DNA of 64,000 bases from Carpediemonas membranifera BICM (GCA_019828565.1 JAHDYR010000053.1:222214-286213), one strand, 5' to 3'. Positions 20,290-31,553 are shown, numbered from the stretch's first letter. Notes: generated by a model from the letters alone, not told the origin. A program made the numbers and translations.

Positions 20290-20800
20290 CTATTCCAGGT
20301 CCTCCTCGGGGAACAGCAGCAGGAACTTCGCCAGCAACCCGGCCGGGATCTCCTTGCGCCGCAGCGAGTGGAAGATGAGGCTGAACTGCGTCCGCACCTT
20401 CGACAGTCGCCGGATGGCGCGGAACAGATAGATGTAGTAGAACAGCCCGAGCAGCACCGCAAACGCCACCAGGAAGCTCAGCGTGTTCGTCTGCGTGTTG
20501 GTGACCTGCTCGGTGAACCTCGTGCGCATGATTCCTTGGATCTGGAAGGCCCCGCCGAGAACGTCGAGCGGCAGCGTGTCATTCACGAAAAGTTGGCCAG
20601 GCCCGCCAATCATGCCAGCCTCAAGCTCGGCAGCCGCGTTCTCAGCATACATCAAATATGCCTCGAGAACAGGCATCAGACCCTTCGACGCGTCATATCT
20701 CCGGCTTAAACTGCACTGCGACTCTACGAGTCTGAGGCAGCTGGTGGAATGCAGCACGACGGCGATTTCATCAGCGTACAATCCCTCTCTCCAGTGGTCC
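20290..20800 (-). pseudogene. Orphan 3' fragment of the Tmc-like membrane protein gene
   Basis: Copy of roughly the last 170 codons of 4850-9208, with the 5' part missing. Confidence 0.8.
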
Positions 20801-20943
20801 GTTCGACCGAGACAGGCAGAACTCGAATAGACGCCTGCGACCTTCCTAACACATCCTTAACACAGCTTCCGGGGTGACTGGGCTTCCTGCTGACCAGTCG
20901 ACTCTGGCGACTTCTCGTCTGGTCGCAACAGAACACAAAGCAA

Positions 20944-21420
20944 ATGACGATTTTCCGATCGACGCTCATCGCCGTTACCGACATGGAACGCTCGAAGCAA
21001 TTCTACAAAGACGTGCTTGATGCTGAAATCATCGCTGATTTTGGCGCAAACGTTACACTCACAGGAAACATCAGCCTCCAGACGATCGAAACATGGGCTG
21101 GTTTCATACAGCAGCCAGATACCTCATACATTAACTTTGGCAACGCTAGCGAGCTCTACTACGAAGAAGACGACATCGAAAGTTTTGTCCAGCGTCTCGA
21201 GGCCTTCGAAGTCGACCTTGTTCATCCCCTATATGTGCACGAGTGGGGCCAGCGTGCGGTACGCTTCTACGACCCCGACGGTCACATCATCGAGGTGGCC
21301 GAGGGTCTAAATGCCGTCGTCGCCCGCTTCCTGGACTCGGGCATGACTCTCGCCGAGACGGCCCGCCGGATGGGGCTGTCGGAAGACTTCATACGAACCA
21401 ACGTGATGGGCGAGGAGTAG
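20944..21420 (+). CDS. Glyoxalase/bleomycin-resistance (VOC) family protein, bacterial type
   Basis: IAVTDMERSKQFY, ELYYEEDD, HEWGQRAVRFYDPDGHIIEV. Confidence 0.9.
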   Translation: MTIFRSTLIAVTDMERSKQFYKDVLDAEIIADFGANVTLTGNISLQTIETWAGFIQQPDTSYINFGNASELYYEEDDIESFVQRLEAFEVDLVHPLYVHEWGQRAVRFYDPDGHIIEVAEGLNAVVARFLDSGMTLAETARRMGLSEDFIRTNVMGEE

Positions 21421-21613
21421 TGGTGTTGGGGTGTCTAGTTTGGCGAGTGGTACAATAGCTGGGTATGGTTAGGAGCTCTGGACGGACTGTAAAGAGACAG
21501 TGCGTCTATGTGGTGATAGCATGGCCAGCAAGGCCGAGTCGATCAGATTTCCAGTTTGATTGCCCTTGTCAATGATGCTTGTCAGAAGCCGACCAGGCCA
21601 CCTGTGAGTACTG

Positions 21614-23815
21614 ATGATCAACCGGCGGCACTCATTGCTACAGAGCTACGCTTATACCAGTGATACAGACGAAAGCTCATCAGACGACGATATTGGCGAG
21701 AAAGCGCTCGACGACGTCGCACTGCAGGATATTTTCAGCGTTGATGAACTGATCAAGATCCAAGAGACGCTATACACTGCTCTAGGCATCCCTTCAGCTG
21801 TAGGAACACCGGACGGTGCTCTGATCACTCCCGTCATCGGCTGCAGCGACCTCTGTGCGGCCGTACGAGCCACCGCCGCCGGCACATCCTACTGCGCCAG
21901 CTCTGACGCGTCTTTCACTCTCCACAGCCCCGGTCAGACGTACGAGGTCCACCCCTGCTTGTCTATAGGCTTGCTTGACTCGTCAATGGGAATATGGCTA
22001 GGGTCGAAGCAGCTTGGGCTGTGGTACTCGGGGCAGATCCGGCTCAAGGGACAGGGGTGGAACCCGGACTTGGCGAGATTCGCTGAGAGTTTGGGGCTGG
22101 ACGTTGAGGAGTTCCGTCGCGACTTTTTGAAGTTGCCGGAGTGGGAGTTTGACGATTTCAATTTGCGGCTGAAATTCCAGGCCATGTATATGCGCTACCT
22201 CAGTGCGATGGCCTTCGAAAGCTACCGCAGCAGTCGGCTAAGTCTCGAGCTCGCCGAGAAAAACGAAGAGCTCAAGCAAACCGCAGAGGAGCTAGAAGGC
22301 GAGATCAAGCGGCGCATGGAGGCGCTTAAAGAGACGAATGAGTCCCTTGCCCGCTGTCTGAAGTCTCGCCGGGTCTTCCTCGGTCGTATCTCCGAAGACA
22401 TGAGGACACCGCTGCTGGGAATCTACGGGGCGTCGCAGCTCCTTGAGAACGGCGAGATGGCCGAGGGTGACGGTGACCTCGAGTCGACCATCATGATCAT
22501 GCAGACATCCTGCGAGATCTTGATGGGATTCATCGACCAGATTCTCGAGTTTAGTCGACTCGAAGTGATTATGGAGAACAACGCGGAGACAAGCTCCATC
22601 GAGCAGAAAAATCTCGATATTTTGAAACATATCAGGTCGACCTGCGCCATTTTGGAGAATGTAGCAGCCGAGAAAGACGTCGCGCTCTCCGTCGAGGCGG
22701 ACTCATCCTTCCCGTCCAGCCTGCTGTGTGACCCTCTCCGTCTCTCCCAGCTCACATCCAACCTCGTAGGAAACGCCGTGAAGATGACGCCAGACCATGG
22801 CAGCGTGCAGGTGCACCTCGAGCTGCTGCGGGACGGGGTGCCCAGACTAATCCCGCCTGACGCAAACATCGCTATTGTGGATGAGCTCGAGAATCAGGAT
22901 GCTGATATCCCACAGCTATGCCATGCGAGTGACCTTGAGGGTCGGCTGCCCAAGGCCAGAGAGGACGAGGTGCTCGTGGCTATAACAGTCCAGGACAACG
23001 GGCCTGGGATCGCCGAGGATCGGCTGTATCGGATCTTTAGTGCTTTTTCCCAGACAGACGTCGGGACGCCCCGGGTTTACGGTGGGTCGGGTCTCGGCCT
23101 CTCCATGTGTCGCTCCATCGTTGTCGCCATGTACCACGGGCTGATTGTCGCATGCAACACTGAAGCTGGCGGCGCCCTCTTCAGTGTAATACTCCCCCTG
23201 AAGGTCGGCAGCGGCTCCCCTCTTGACGAGTTCAAAGAGATGACCTCAGCCTACCCAGTCTTGCGGCGCCACTCTATAGACTACGAGCACTCCAAGAGCT
23301 TCCTCGACTCGGTGGAGGAGCATGACTTGACTGAGCACCACACCCCGCCAGAGTCCACCGGGCAGGTGAAGCAGATCTTGATTGTTGATGACATTTCGGT
23401 CAACAGGATTATCGTGGGGCGACTGATTAGATCTGCTTTGAAGGACAAGTCTGAGTTTTCCATTAGTTTTGCCAGATCTGGTGAGGAATGCCTGGAGCTC
23501 ATCAAATCTGGCCGTAGATTCGATCTGATCTTCCTCGATCTTTTTATGCCGAACGGTATCGACGGTCACCTCACTGCCCAGCAGATTAGGGCACATGAGC
23601 GGACCAGCATTGACTCCCGCACACCCCTGGTCGCCCTATCAGCCACGATCGACGCCTCTGTCATCCAGCAGTGCGAGCGTGATGGGTTCTTTGATGCTTT
23701 CCTTCGTAAGCCGTTCAAGCAGCATGACTTGGAGCAGACGTTGACCGCGTTCTTGATTGACGGTGGAGTCGAGGAGGAAGCATCGGCTAGTGATAGCGAT
23801 GTGAGTTATGTGTGA
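21614..23815 (+). CDS. Hybrid histidine kinase-like protein: PocR sensor, degenerate HisKA, HATPase_c and receiver
   Basis: PocR-like Cys pattern (CSDLC..R.T..G...C..SD, HPCLSIGL.D, W.SGQ); NLVGNAVK, VQDNGPGI, FSAFSQ, GGSGLGL boxes; receiver ILIVDD...FLDLFMP...RKP. Confidence 0.9.
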   Translation: MINRRHSLLQSYAYTSDTDESSSDDDIGEKALDDVALQDIFSVDELIKIQETLYTALGIPSAVGTPDGALITPVIGCSDLCAAVRATAAGTSYCASSDASFTLHSPGQTYEVHPCLSIGLLDSSMGIWLGSKQLGLWYSGQIRLKGQGWNPDLARFAESLGLDVEEFRRDFLKLPEWEFDDFNLRLKFQAMYMRYLSAMAFESYRSSRLSLELAEKNEELKQTAEELEGEIKRRMEALKETNESLARCLKSRRVFLGRISEDMRTPLLGIYGASQLLENGEMAEGDGDLESTIMIMQTSCEILMGFIDQILEFSRLEVIMENNAETSSIEQKNLDILKHIRSTCAILENVAAEKDVALSVEADSSFPSSLLCDPLRLSQLTSNLVGNAVKMTPDHGSVQVHLELLRDGVPRLIPPDANIAIVDELENQDADIPQLCHASDLEGRLPKAREDEVLVAITVQDNGPGIAEDRLYRIFSAFSQTDVGTPRVYGGSGLGLSMCRSIVVAMYHGLIVACNTEAGGALFSVILPLKVGSGSPLDEFKEMTSAYPVLRRHSIDYEHSKSFLDSVEEHDLTEHHTPPESTGQVKQILIVDDISVNRIIVGRLIRSALKDKSEFSISFARSGEECLELIKSGRRFDLIFLDLFMPNGIDGHLTAQQIRAHERTSIDSRTPLVALSATIDASVIQQCERDGFFDAFLRKPFKQHDLEQTLTAFLIDGGVEEEASASDSDVSYV

Positions 23816-23935
23816 TATATGCGGGCTGAAATACTATTCAGGTGTGTAAATGGACCATGTGCGACCCAACCTGTTGAATTTATAAAAGCTGATAGCAATC
23901 ATCACGGCCTGCCTGAAAGATCCACGGCATGCAGC

Positions 23936-24562
23936 TCAGTTAGTCCAGAAATCCTCTGGTACCCTGAACCCCCACTGTACGTTTGTCTCCTTGACGATGT
24001 TCTCCCACAGCCCCTTGTCATCGGCACTGTGGTCTTTCGGTCGACCCGCAGCGTCACCGACAAATACACAGGTCTCAGAGATTGATACACCGAGCTTCCG
24101 CAGGTCACGCTTGAGCATTCTAAACATCCCAGTGTTTGGTTTGCGGTACCTGTCGCGCTCCATGGCGGCGTAAACTGCGATGGGAACGTCGAACAAGGAG
24201 ACAATGCTGCGCATCTTCGTCTTGAAGTCTGCCACCGAGATGGGGAACCTGGTTGACGTCAGGCCCTTCTGGTTGGTGAAGATCACGATGACGTAGCCCT
24301 CGTCGTGAAGGGCCTTGAGCTTGGGCTTCACTTCGTCGGAAAAAGGCTCCCAATCTTGACTATCTTTCGCAAATGCAGACTTGGAGCGAGTGTGGATAAG
24401 TGTGCCGTCCAGATCGAAGGCGGCAATCTTCACGCTGTCGCCTTTGGTCAGTTCGAGGTCCTTTAGCCCATCGTTCCGGAAGACAGTGTCTGGTGAGACG
24501 TAGAAGCGGTGAGTGTTTCCTAATCTCGTCTTTTCATCCTTTCTAACCAAAAAAGCGTCCAT
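23936..24562 (-). CDS. Polynucleotide 3'-phosphatase (PNKP phosphatase domain, HAD-IIIA)
   Basis: AAFDLDGTLI, VIFTNQKG, YRKPNTGM, FVGDAAGR..DHSADD. Confidence 0.9.
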   Translation of the reverse strand: MDAFLVRKDEKTRLGNTHRFYVSPDTVFRNDGLKDLELTKGDSVKIAAFDLDGTLIHTRSKSAFAKDSQDWEPFSDEVKPKLKALHDEGYVIVIFTNQKGLTSTRFPISVADFKTKMRSIVSLFDVPIAVYAAMERDRYRKPNTGMFRMLKRDLRKLGVSISETCVFVGDAAGRPKDHSADDKGLWENIVKETNVQWGFRVPEDFWTN

Positions 24563-24889
24563 CTGGGTTCTCAGCTGCCTGCGTTCGCGAGAATGTGGCC
24601 AAACCGATCAAACCTTGCGTGGGACGAATTCTGATTAGCAACGCCTGTGCTCGTCGATTCCACGCCGCTATGTGCTGTATGAGTCTGCAGGTCGCCGGGG
24701 CAGGCACATGCTTCGCTGACGGCTCAAATCAACTGTACATTACCTCAGAGGTCGTTGACGTGGCAGACGCGTTGGACATCGCTAGTAAGGCCAGTTTGGC
24801 CCAGTCCAGCGGCGGTAACACATATTGCGAGATCAATGCTCACGAAAACCTTAAACTCCCCTTAAATCCTTTTGTCCAGAGCACTCGAA

Positions 24890-26758
24890 ATGTCTTTGGC
24901 AATGGTGAGTGAGTTTGCGGAGCACAAATACGGCGATATTGTACGCGTCCGTGCGCGTTACGTCTCCAAGATCAAGATGGGCAAGACGCTCATGTTCCTG
25001 ACGTTCCGTCAGCATGGCCTTTCATTCCAGGCCGTCCTGGACACCGAGAAGAAGGATGGCCAGTCTGATGAAGTGTTCGCGAGCATCATGAACGCGCAGG
25101 AGGTTTTCGCCGGCAAGAAGCCCACTCCTGAGGATGAGGCCCGCGAGGCTGAGCTTCGTCTCATCATCAAGCCCAAGAAGGTCAAACCCCAGAAGGGTGA
25201 GGTCATCGCCAAGAAGACCAAGGAGGAGAAGGAGGCTGAGAAGCAGGCCCAAGCCGCCGCGAAGGTCGAGCTTTCCCAGATGCTCGACGACCGCACCGGC
25301 CTCAAGGCGGAGTCCGTTGTCACCATCACCGGCGTCCTCTCCCAGCCCGAACCGCCGAAGGAGGGCGAGACCCCCAAGGAGGATGATCCTTTCAAGGTGA
25401 AGGACTACGAGATCAAGCTCCAAGCCGTGGAGATGGTCTCCCCCGTGGCCAACATGCTCCCCTTCACAGTTGCCGACGCCCAGAAGCGTATCGTGCCGGC
25501 TGAGGAGATCAAGAACCCTAAGAAGAACCCGAACGTGCTTCAAGACACCCGCTTCAACAACCGCGTTGTTGACCTCCGCACCCAGACGAACGTCGCCATC
25601 TTCAGGGTCAAGGACACCATGGACGAGGCCTTCTGCGCTTACAACCGCTCCCAGAACTTCATCCGCATCCACACGCCCAAGCTGATCTCCGGTGCCTCCG
25701 AGGGTGGCGCCGAGCTCTTCACGCTGGAGTACTTCAAGAAGCAGGCCGCCCTCGCCCAGTCGCCACAGGTATACAAGCAGATGGCCATCGCCTCTGACTT
25801 CCGCGGTGTCTTCGAGGTGGGCCCCGTGTTCCGTGCTGAGAACTCCCTGACCAACCGCCATCTGACAGAGTTTGTCGGCCTCGACGTCGAGATGGAGATT
25901 AAGGAGCACTACCACGAGGTCCTCGAGCACCTTAAGCGCACGTTCCTCCACATATTCAAGGCCACGGATGCCTCCGTCGACCCCATCTCTGGTGCCCGTC
26001 TTGTCGACATCATCGCGCAGACCTACCCGGCTGAGCCCTGCCAGTACCCCGCTGAGCCCAAGGACGTCCCCGTCATCACCTTTGTCGAGGCAGTCGACCT
26101 TGTTATCAAGCACTTCCCCGAGTTCTTTGGCGAAACCGCCGAGGAGCAGGCCGTCGCCGCTGCCATTGCCAAGACAGTCGACTTCGACACCCCCCTCGAG
26201 AAGAAGGTCGGCGAGGCTGTCCGCCGTGAGACTGGCTTCGACTTTTACATTGTGGACCAGTTCCCCGTGTCGGCCCGGCCCTTCTACACCCACCCCTCCG
26301 AGACTGACGGTTACACCAACTCTTTCGACGTCTTCCTCAGGGGCCAGGAGATCACGTCTGGCGCTGAGCGTATCCACGAGGTCTCGATGCTAAAGGCTAA
26401 CATCGACAAGATCACTCGCATGAAGGAAGGCTTTGCCACTGAGGAGATCGTCACGGAGCACGGCTGGGTGGAGGCCGACCTCCGCGCCGCTGCTGCCGCT
26501 GAGGGCGCTACCGAGGAGGCTAAGAAGGCTCTTGCCGACTTCGAGAAGTTCATGGCCGACCGCAAGACCGCCACTGAGCAGGCTGTCAAGGAGATGTTCG
26601 GCGGGTTGACCCAGTACATCGCCGCCTTCGAGATGGGTGTCGCCCCCCATGCCGGTGCGGGTATCGGTCTGGAGAGGCTGGTGATGCTCTTCCTCGGGAT
26701 CCCCAACTGCCAGATGGCGTCAATGTTCCCCAGGACGCCCGGCCGCCTCACCCCGTAA
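24890..26758 (+). CDS. DARS1: Aspartyl-tRNA synthetase, cytosolic eukaryotic type
   Basis: SEGGAELF, LAQSPQVYKQM, GPVFRAENS.T.RHLTEF, GQEITSGAERIH, GIGLER, MFPRTPGRLTP. Confidence 0.95.
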   Translation: MSLAMVSEFAEHKYGDIVRVRARYVSKIKMGKTLMFLTFRQHGLSFQAVLDTEKKDGQSDEVFASIMNAQEVFAGKKPTPEDEAREAELRLIIKPKKVKPQKGEVIAKKTKEEKEAEKQAQAAAKVELSQMLDDRTGLKAESVVTITGVLSQPEPPKEGETPKEDDPFKVKDYEIKLQAVEMVSPVANMLPFTVADAQKRIVPAEEIKNPKKNPNVLQDTRFNNRVVDLRTQTNVAIFRVKDTMDEAFCAYNRSQNFIRIHTPKLISGASEGGAELFTLEYFKKQAALAQSPQVYKQMAIASDFRGVFEVGPVFRAENSLTNRHLTEFVGLDVEMEIKEHYHEVLEHLKRTFLHIFKATDASVDPISGARLVDIIAQTYPAEPCQYPAEPKDVPVITFVEAVDLVIKHFPEFFGETAEEQAVAAAIAKTVDFDTPLEKKVGEAVRRETGFDFYIVDQFPVSARPFYTHPSETDGYTNSFDVFLRGQEITSGAERIHEVSMLKANIDKITRMKEGFATEEIVTEHGWVEADLRAAAAAEGATEEAKKALADFEKFMADRKTATEQAVKEMFGGLTQYIAAFEMGVAPHAGAGIGLERLVMLFLGIPNCQMASMFPRTPGRLTP

Positions 26759-27121
26759 GCGTCCCGTAAATAGTGGATTTAAGGAATGGGCGTGTGTTTT
26801 GCTGAATCGCCATGATCGATGTGTCATGCCTTGTGTGTTGGATCCTACCCCGCCCTCTGGCCCGGAAGCTGCGTGTTCTCCGCCCGGTCGACCCGCGTGG
26901 GCAGAGTAACACCCAGAGACTTCTCCAGAGTCGCGTTTTAGACCTTCCGCTGTTGTTGCTTAGGATGTAGTTCACCGCGGTCATAAGCAGGATCGACGGT
27001 GGGAACGTCATGACGACTCCTCTAGGACGAGGACAAAGTTGGAGTTTCATCCCTAGTTGGAGTTAGGGCGCATGACGGGATCAGCCTCTACTTGCTTGGT
27101 CACGAGGTTTCACTAGCTTTA

Positions 27122-28869
27122 TTAGACGAGACCAACACCTTCAAACGGTCCGAGACCCTCGACCACCATCGATCCTTGGCTCGCCTTGACCAGGGTCCAC
27201 GGGTCGGCGTCGACTGTGATGATTTCATTCACATGCGAAGGAGGTGGGGCCTCGCACTCGACCACCATCCCATATGACGCCATCCCATATGACACACCCG
27301 TCACGGTCAACCACTGGCCTGTGGAGTCGCGGTATGAATCGTTGCTAAAAGCAGTCGCCTCTAAGGGGAGTTTCAGCGGACTCCGCTGAAGGTGGCGGGT
27401 CTGGCCCTCAGAGACCCAGATGAGTTCATCTCATCACAATAAAACTCTTTGACCCTCTCGGGGAAGCGGAGCGGGGTGGGTGTGTCACAAAGGTCGCCCA
27501 AATCGAATCCAGGCAGGCCCGACTGGGCGATATGACGGCGAACTAAACCAGCGAAGAGCAGCTGGCGGCCGCTTAGGAAGACGTTGAAGCAACGATTGAT
27601 GCTAGACACGACCCGGTCGACCCTGAAGGGCAGGTCGACGAAGCCAGACATCGCATCATCGTGCCCGAGCCCCAGCTGGCTATATTTGTTTTCTCCGCTC
27701 ATCACCTGCCGATCGCCCATGGAGAGGATGACAGTGTGGAGTGAATTCATGATGTGATCTGGGACAAAGCTATCGGGCACGGCGACTGGGTGGAAGAGGT
27801 GTTTGTTGTCCTCCTCAACTGGGCCGACATACATGGATAAAACAACACCTGCCACGACAGTGCCGACCGGGGTGAGTATGAACGTATGAGAAGCACTCAT
27901 CGACACATCAGACACCATCCTGTGCTTCTCCCAGGGGGGCAGGCTGGCCTCGAGCTCGGCGACCTTAGGGCAGGCGGCGAAGGTGAGGCGGGTTGGGTCG
28001 ACTACACCGCCGGCCGCTGACTCGAATCCAAGTTGATTCGAACGGTTATCCCCCCAGCCCCACAGGCTCTTGGGCGTCCTGGCGATGTGGGTGAACCTGT
28101 CGCTGTAGACCTCGAGTGCCCTGGGCATCCTGGCTCTGGTGAGGGCGGTGTGTTTGTCAGTGTCGAGCATGAAGAGTCGACCCATGTACATGCGGTGGTG
28201 GTAGCAGCTGAGCTCTGTGAGCAGATAGCTCTCGCCGTCCTTCTCGGCGACGTTCAGCGAGAAGAAGAACTTGCGACAGAGGAACCAGAGGCATTTGGCC
28301 TCGGGGGTGAGAGCGTTGCGGATCTTGTCGTGCATCTCAATATAATCTGGTTGCTTCTCTCGAGCCTCTTTCAGCACCCTGTCCTCGAGGTCGGGGTTGG
28401 CCCCGTCACCCATGAGACACGCCCACACCGCGCCCTGGTTGAGCGTGTACATGGCGACCGGGAGCTCCTCGCCGGGCGCCAGTGGGATGTTCATGCTCAG
28501 CTCGGGCCTGCGCGTGAGTACCGCTGTAATCCTGCGGACAACGCTGGTGGCGCGGCGATTGTGGAGGTCGAGAGCCATGAGCGCGCGGACAGTTTCCTCG
28601 GTCGTAGTTGGATCGGCTTCGCTGTCATTGTCCGGGAACTCCTCGCCGAACTCGTGGGTAAAGGCCATTCGCATGAGAGCGGGGATGTCGCCGCGAATAT
28701 TGGCACATATGAACGGAATACGGGCGTTAATAGCGATAAAAGCAGCACGATGAATGTTTCTGTTGCTCTGAGGCATTGAGGACCGCATTGCAGCGAGACG
28801 AGCGTGAGAAGCGTCCATCTTCGCGATGCGGGCATCGATCGCCTCGTCCTGGAGCATCATACCATGCAT
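27122..28869 (-). pseudogene. RCC1/BLIP-II-like repeat family protein, likely frameshifted near 27420
   Basis: LWGWGDNRSNQLG and SGENKYSQLGLGH RCC1 repeats; paralog of 591-1658; the ORF stops at 27373 but coding-like sequence appears to continue in another frame to about 27122. Confidence 0.6.
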
Positions 28870-29404
28870 TTGAGCAATATCGGCGTCAATTTCGGAGATG
28901 TGGGCGTCCAGCCGCTGAAAAGCCTCCTGAGCATCATTCGTCTTTCAAGAACGACTCGCTGAAGTCGGTCGCCCAAGACTGACTTGGACCATTGCGATGT
29001 ACGCCCACGCAGTTTTGGGCTCAAGCCCCTAGGTCTGGCCCCACCGATTTTTGCAGCGATGGGATTCATCGTCAACCAACAGTCGCGATGAGACTTGACT
29101 GGTGTGTTTGCCAGCCCTCACAATGAACCATCGAACCACGTTCCAGCTCTGCCCATCCCCAAGCAGGGCCTGCTCGGTCGACTCAATGTAGGAGGGCACG
29201 AGACAGTCGTCTGAACGCGAGGAGACAATTCCCAAGGTCGACCCAAGCGGGTGCCGGACACTCATTTTCTCTCACTAATCGTGAAAAGCATCTTGATCGG
29301 TCCGGGCGCAGTGTAGCAGATAGGAATCCCGAAAGGTCCCAACACTGTTCGGCATATCAAAGCCTTAGTGAACCGCAAATTTATAAACAGCCGCAGAGAT
29401 CTCC

Positions 29405-30868
29405 CTACTCCCGGTCGATGGCCACGTCTGGGGCCTGCAGGGTAGGGTACATGAAATCGGGCCTCACAGCCTCAGCTAGCCCTACAGATCGACTGCCCAG
29501 AGTCGGGTCAACAAAAGTCCCCGGTACTGGATCGCCCAGATCAGTGGAGTCGTTGGAGTCAGGATTGAAGGGTGACTCAGAACACGAGCGTGTTGTCGAT
29601 CGAAGCTCCGGCTCAGAGTCTACACCAGCCTCTGACGTCAAGATGCTCTCTGCGGCCATCGCCTTGGCCCTCCTCACAGCCTTGACTGGTCGGGTTACCA
29701 GCAGCAGCAGGCCAAGCAACACCTGTGCGGTGTTGAGCACGATGTCCGAGTCAAGCGGGTCATTATAAATGAGAACCCCGAAGAACATCGAGAGGGGCGA
29801 GACGAGCAGGTTTTCCACGGCGACAACGACTGTAGGGAGTCGGCTAGTGGCCCATGAGATAACCAGCCACTGGACGCCCGTACCGATGACACCAGCATAG
29901 AGGGCTGCCGCGAGCACGTCCCAGCCCATGGATGAAAAGTCTGGGAGATCAGCAAGGAGCAGGTTGAACGGCATAGTGACGAGCCAGAGAAGGAAGGTGA
30001 AGATCGAGCTGCCGACAAAGCTGATTGTCGTGAGGATGACAGTGTCATACCCCAGACGGTGGTAAATCTTGGAAAACTCAAAATATACGGCGGCAGAGAT
30101 CGTGTTGAAAATCATGATAATCACGCCGGCAAGGTCACCTCCGGAGCTGAGGCGGAGTGACGAGAGGTCGAGGATGCCGAGGACGCCGGTGAATGCCACG
30201 AGGAGGGCGCATATGGCGACAATAGAGAGCCTCTCATGGCCAAGAGCGACGGAGAAGACCATGCTGAAGATGGGGGTGATGCAACCGATCAGGCCGACAT
30301 TCGACACGGTCGTGTAAACGGCGGCGTAACTCATAAGCAGGGGGGCGAGGCTATAGCAAGCACACAGCACTGGCAAGCCCATGAGTGTCTTGGGCTTGGT
30401 TCTCACGATACCCACGAACTTCTTCCAGCGAATAACAAAGACTGGGAGGACGATCATGGATCCTAGAGAGGAGCGGATGGTGCACCAGAGCAACGGGTCG
30501 AAGCTCTCCGTGCCCAGCTTGGTGGCGACGAAGAGGATGGCCACTAGAATCTTCACTAGGGATGAGATGACGAAGGAGAGGGCGTACATGAAAGAGTCGT
30601 AGCTCAAAGGGAGATTGGTGATGAAGGAGGGGATATGAGGCCGACGAGGAGGTTGTTTGGATGGCCATTCTGTGATTTCTTCGCTTGGAAGAGGAGACAG
30701 GTCGTGTCCAAAGGATTCCTGACTCGATTGGGGCTTGGGCGCCCACCGGTCCGAGTTCTCGTCACCGACCACATCCAGAGGAGCAACAGAGTCGCAATTA
30801 CCACTAGTTGGCTGATCTACTGGAGCACCACTCACGTTTGAGGCTTGCAAGCCATCTCCATGATCCAT
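29405..30868 (-). CDS. EamA/DMT family transporter
   Basis: About 10 TM helices, YTTVSNVGLI...P and LGHERL; paralog of 40854-42044. Confidence 0.85.
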   Translation of the reverse strand: MDHGDGLQASNVSGAPVDQPTSGNCDSVAPLDVVGDENSDRWAPKPQSSQESFGHDLSPLPSEEITEWPSKQPPRRPHIPSFITNLPLSYDSFMYALSFVISSLVKILVAILFVATKLGTESFDPLLWCTIRSSLGSMIVLPVFVIRWKKFVGIVRTKPKTLMGLPVLCACYSLAPLLMSYAAVYTTVSNVGLIGCITPIFSMVFSVALGHERLSIVAICALLVAFTGVLGILDLSSLRLSSGGDLAGVIIMIFNTISAAVYFEFSKIYHRLGYDTVILTTISFVGSSIFTFLLWLVTMPFNLLLADLPDFSSMGWDVLAAALYAGVIGTGVQWLVISWATSRLPTVVVAVENLLVSPLSMFFGVLIYNDPLDSDIVLNTAQVLLGLLLLVTRPVKAVRRAKAMAAESILTSEAGVDSEPELRSTTRSCSESPFNPDSNDSTDLGDPVPGTFVDPTLGSRSVGLAEAVRPDFMYPTLQAPDVAIDRE

Positions 30869-31553
30869 CGTCAGTAATCTGTTGATGACGCCAATCGGGT
30901 CAATATTCGGTCGAATCTCTAAATGAGCTCACAGCATCGAAGATGGCATGACTGATATAGCTGAAGTTGCATCCACCATGCGCTCCTTCGCGTGTCATGC
31001 GACCCAAGACTGTAGCGCACCATGGGGGCCACAGCTGGAGGCATCCAGGGCTGCGTCCTTGGGGAAATGATCACTAGTTCGCTGGTTAATGAGGGATATA
31101 TGCGGTTGCAAGCACAATGGCTCTCTGCTCCGCCCTTCGATGCTTGGCAGACGGTCTGATTGGGACGCCATTTTCCAGATTTAATCTTTTCAGTTGATTT
31201 AAGGCCAATACGCCATAGACCTTCGGGGACTTCGGCCAAACAGCCCCTTTCTCACGGCCATTGTCCCTACTATCAGCTTGATTGCGTCGGATCTACCCAT
31301 CATCCACGGTCGTCGTTGGTCAAGTCAAGAGCGGTCATGCCGCTGGTTGAGGCCAAAGACGAGCGTACGACAGTTCCAGAGTTTGTAGAATGCCTTATTG
31401 AGTGTCATTTGGCCATCGATGCCGTTCAAAGGTGACTGAATCACACAGAGTTTGGTAGATCCTCGGTCAAGATCTATCCACCCGCACGTATCAGGACCGG
31501 ATCCGGATCAGCTCCATCAGAACCCTTGTCGAAAGGCAAAAGAAACCAGAAGC

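Larger units (their letters stand above)
19326..20800. repeat. Inverted segmental duplication A, copy 2 (partner 8698-10171)
   Basis: Reverse complement of 8698-10171. Confidence 0.95.
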
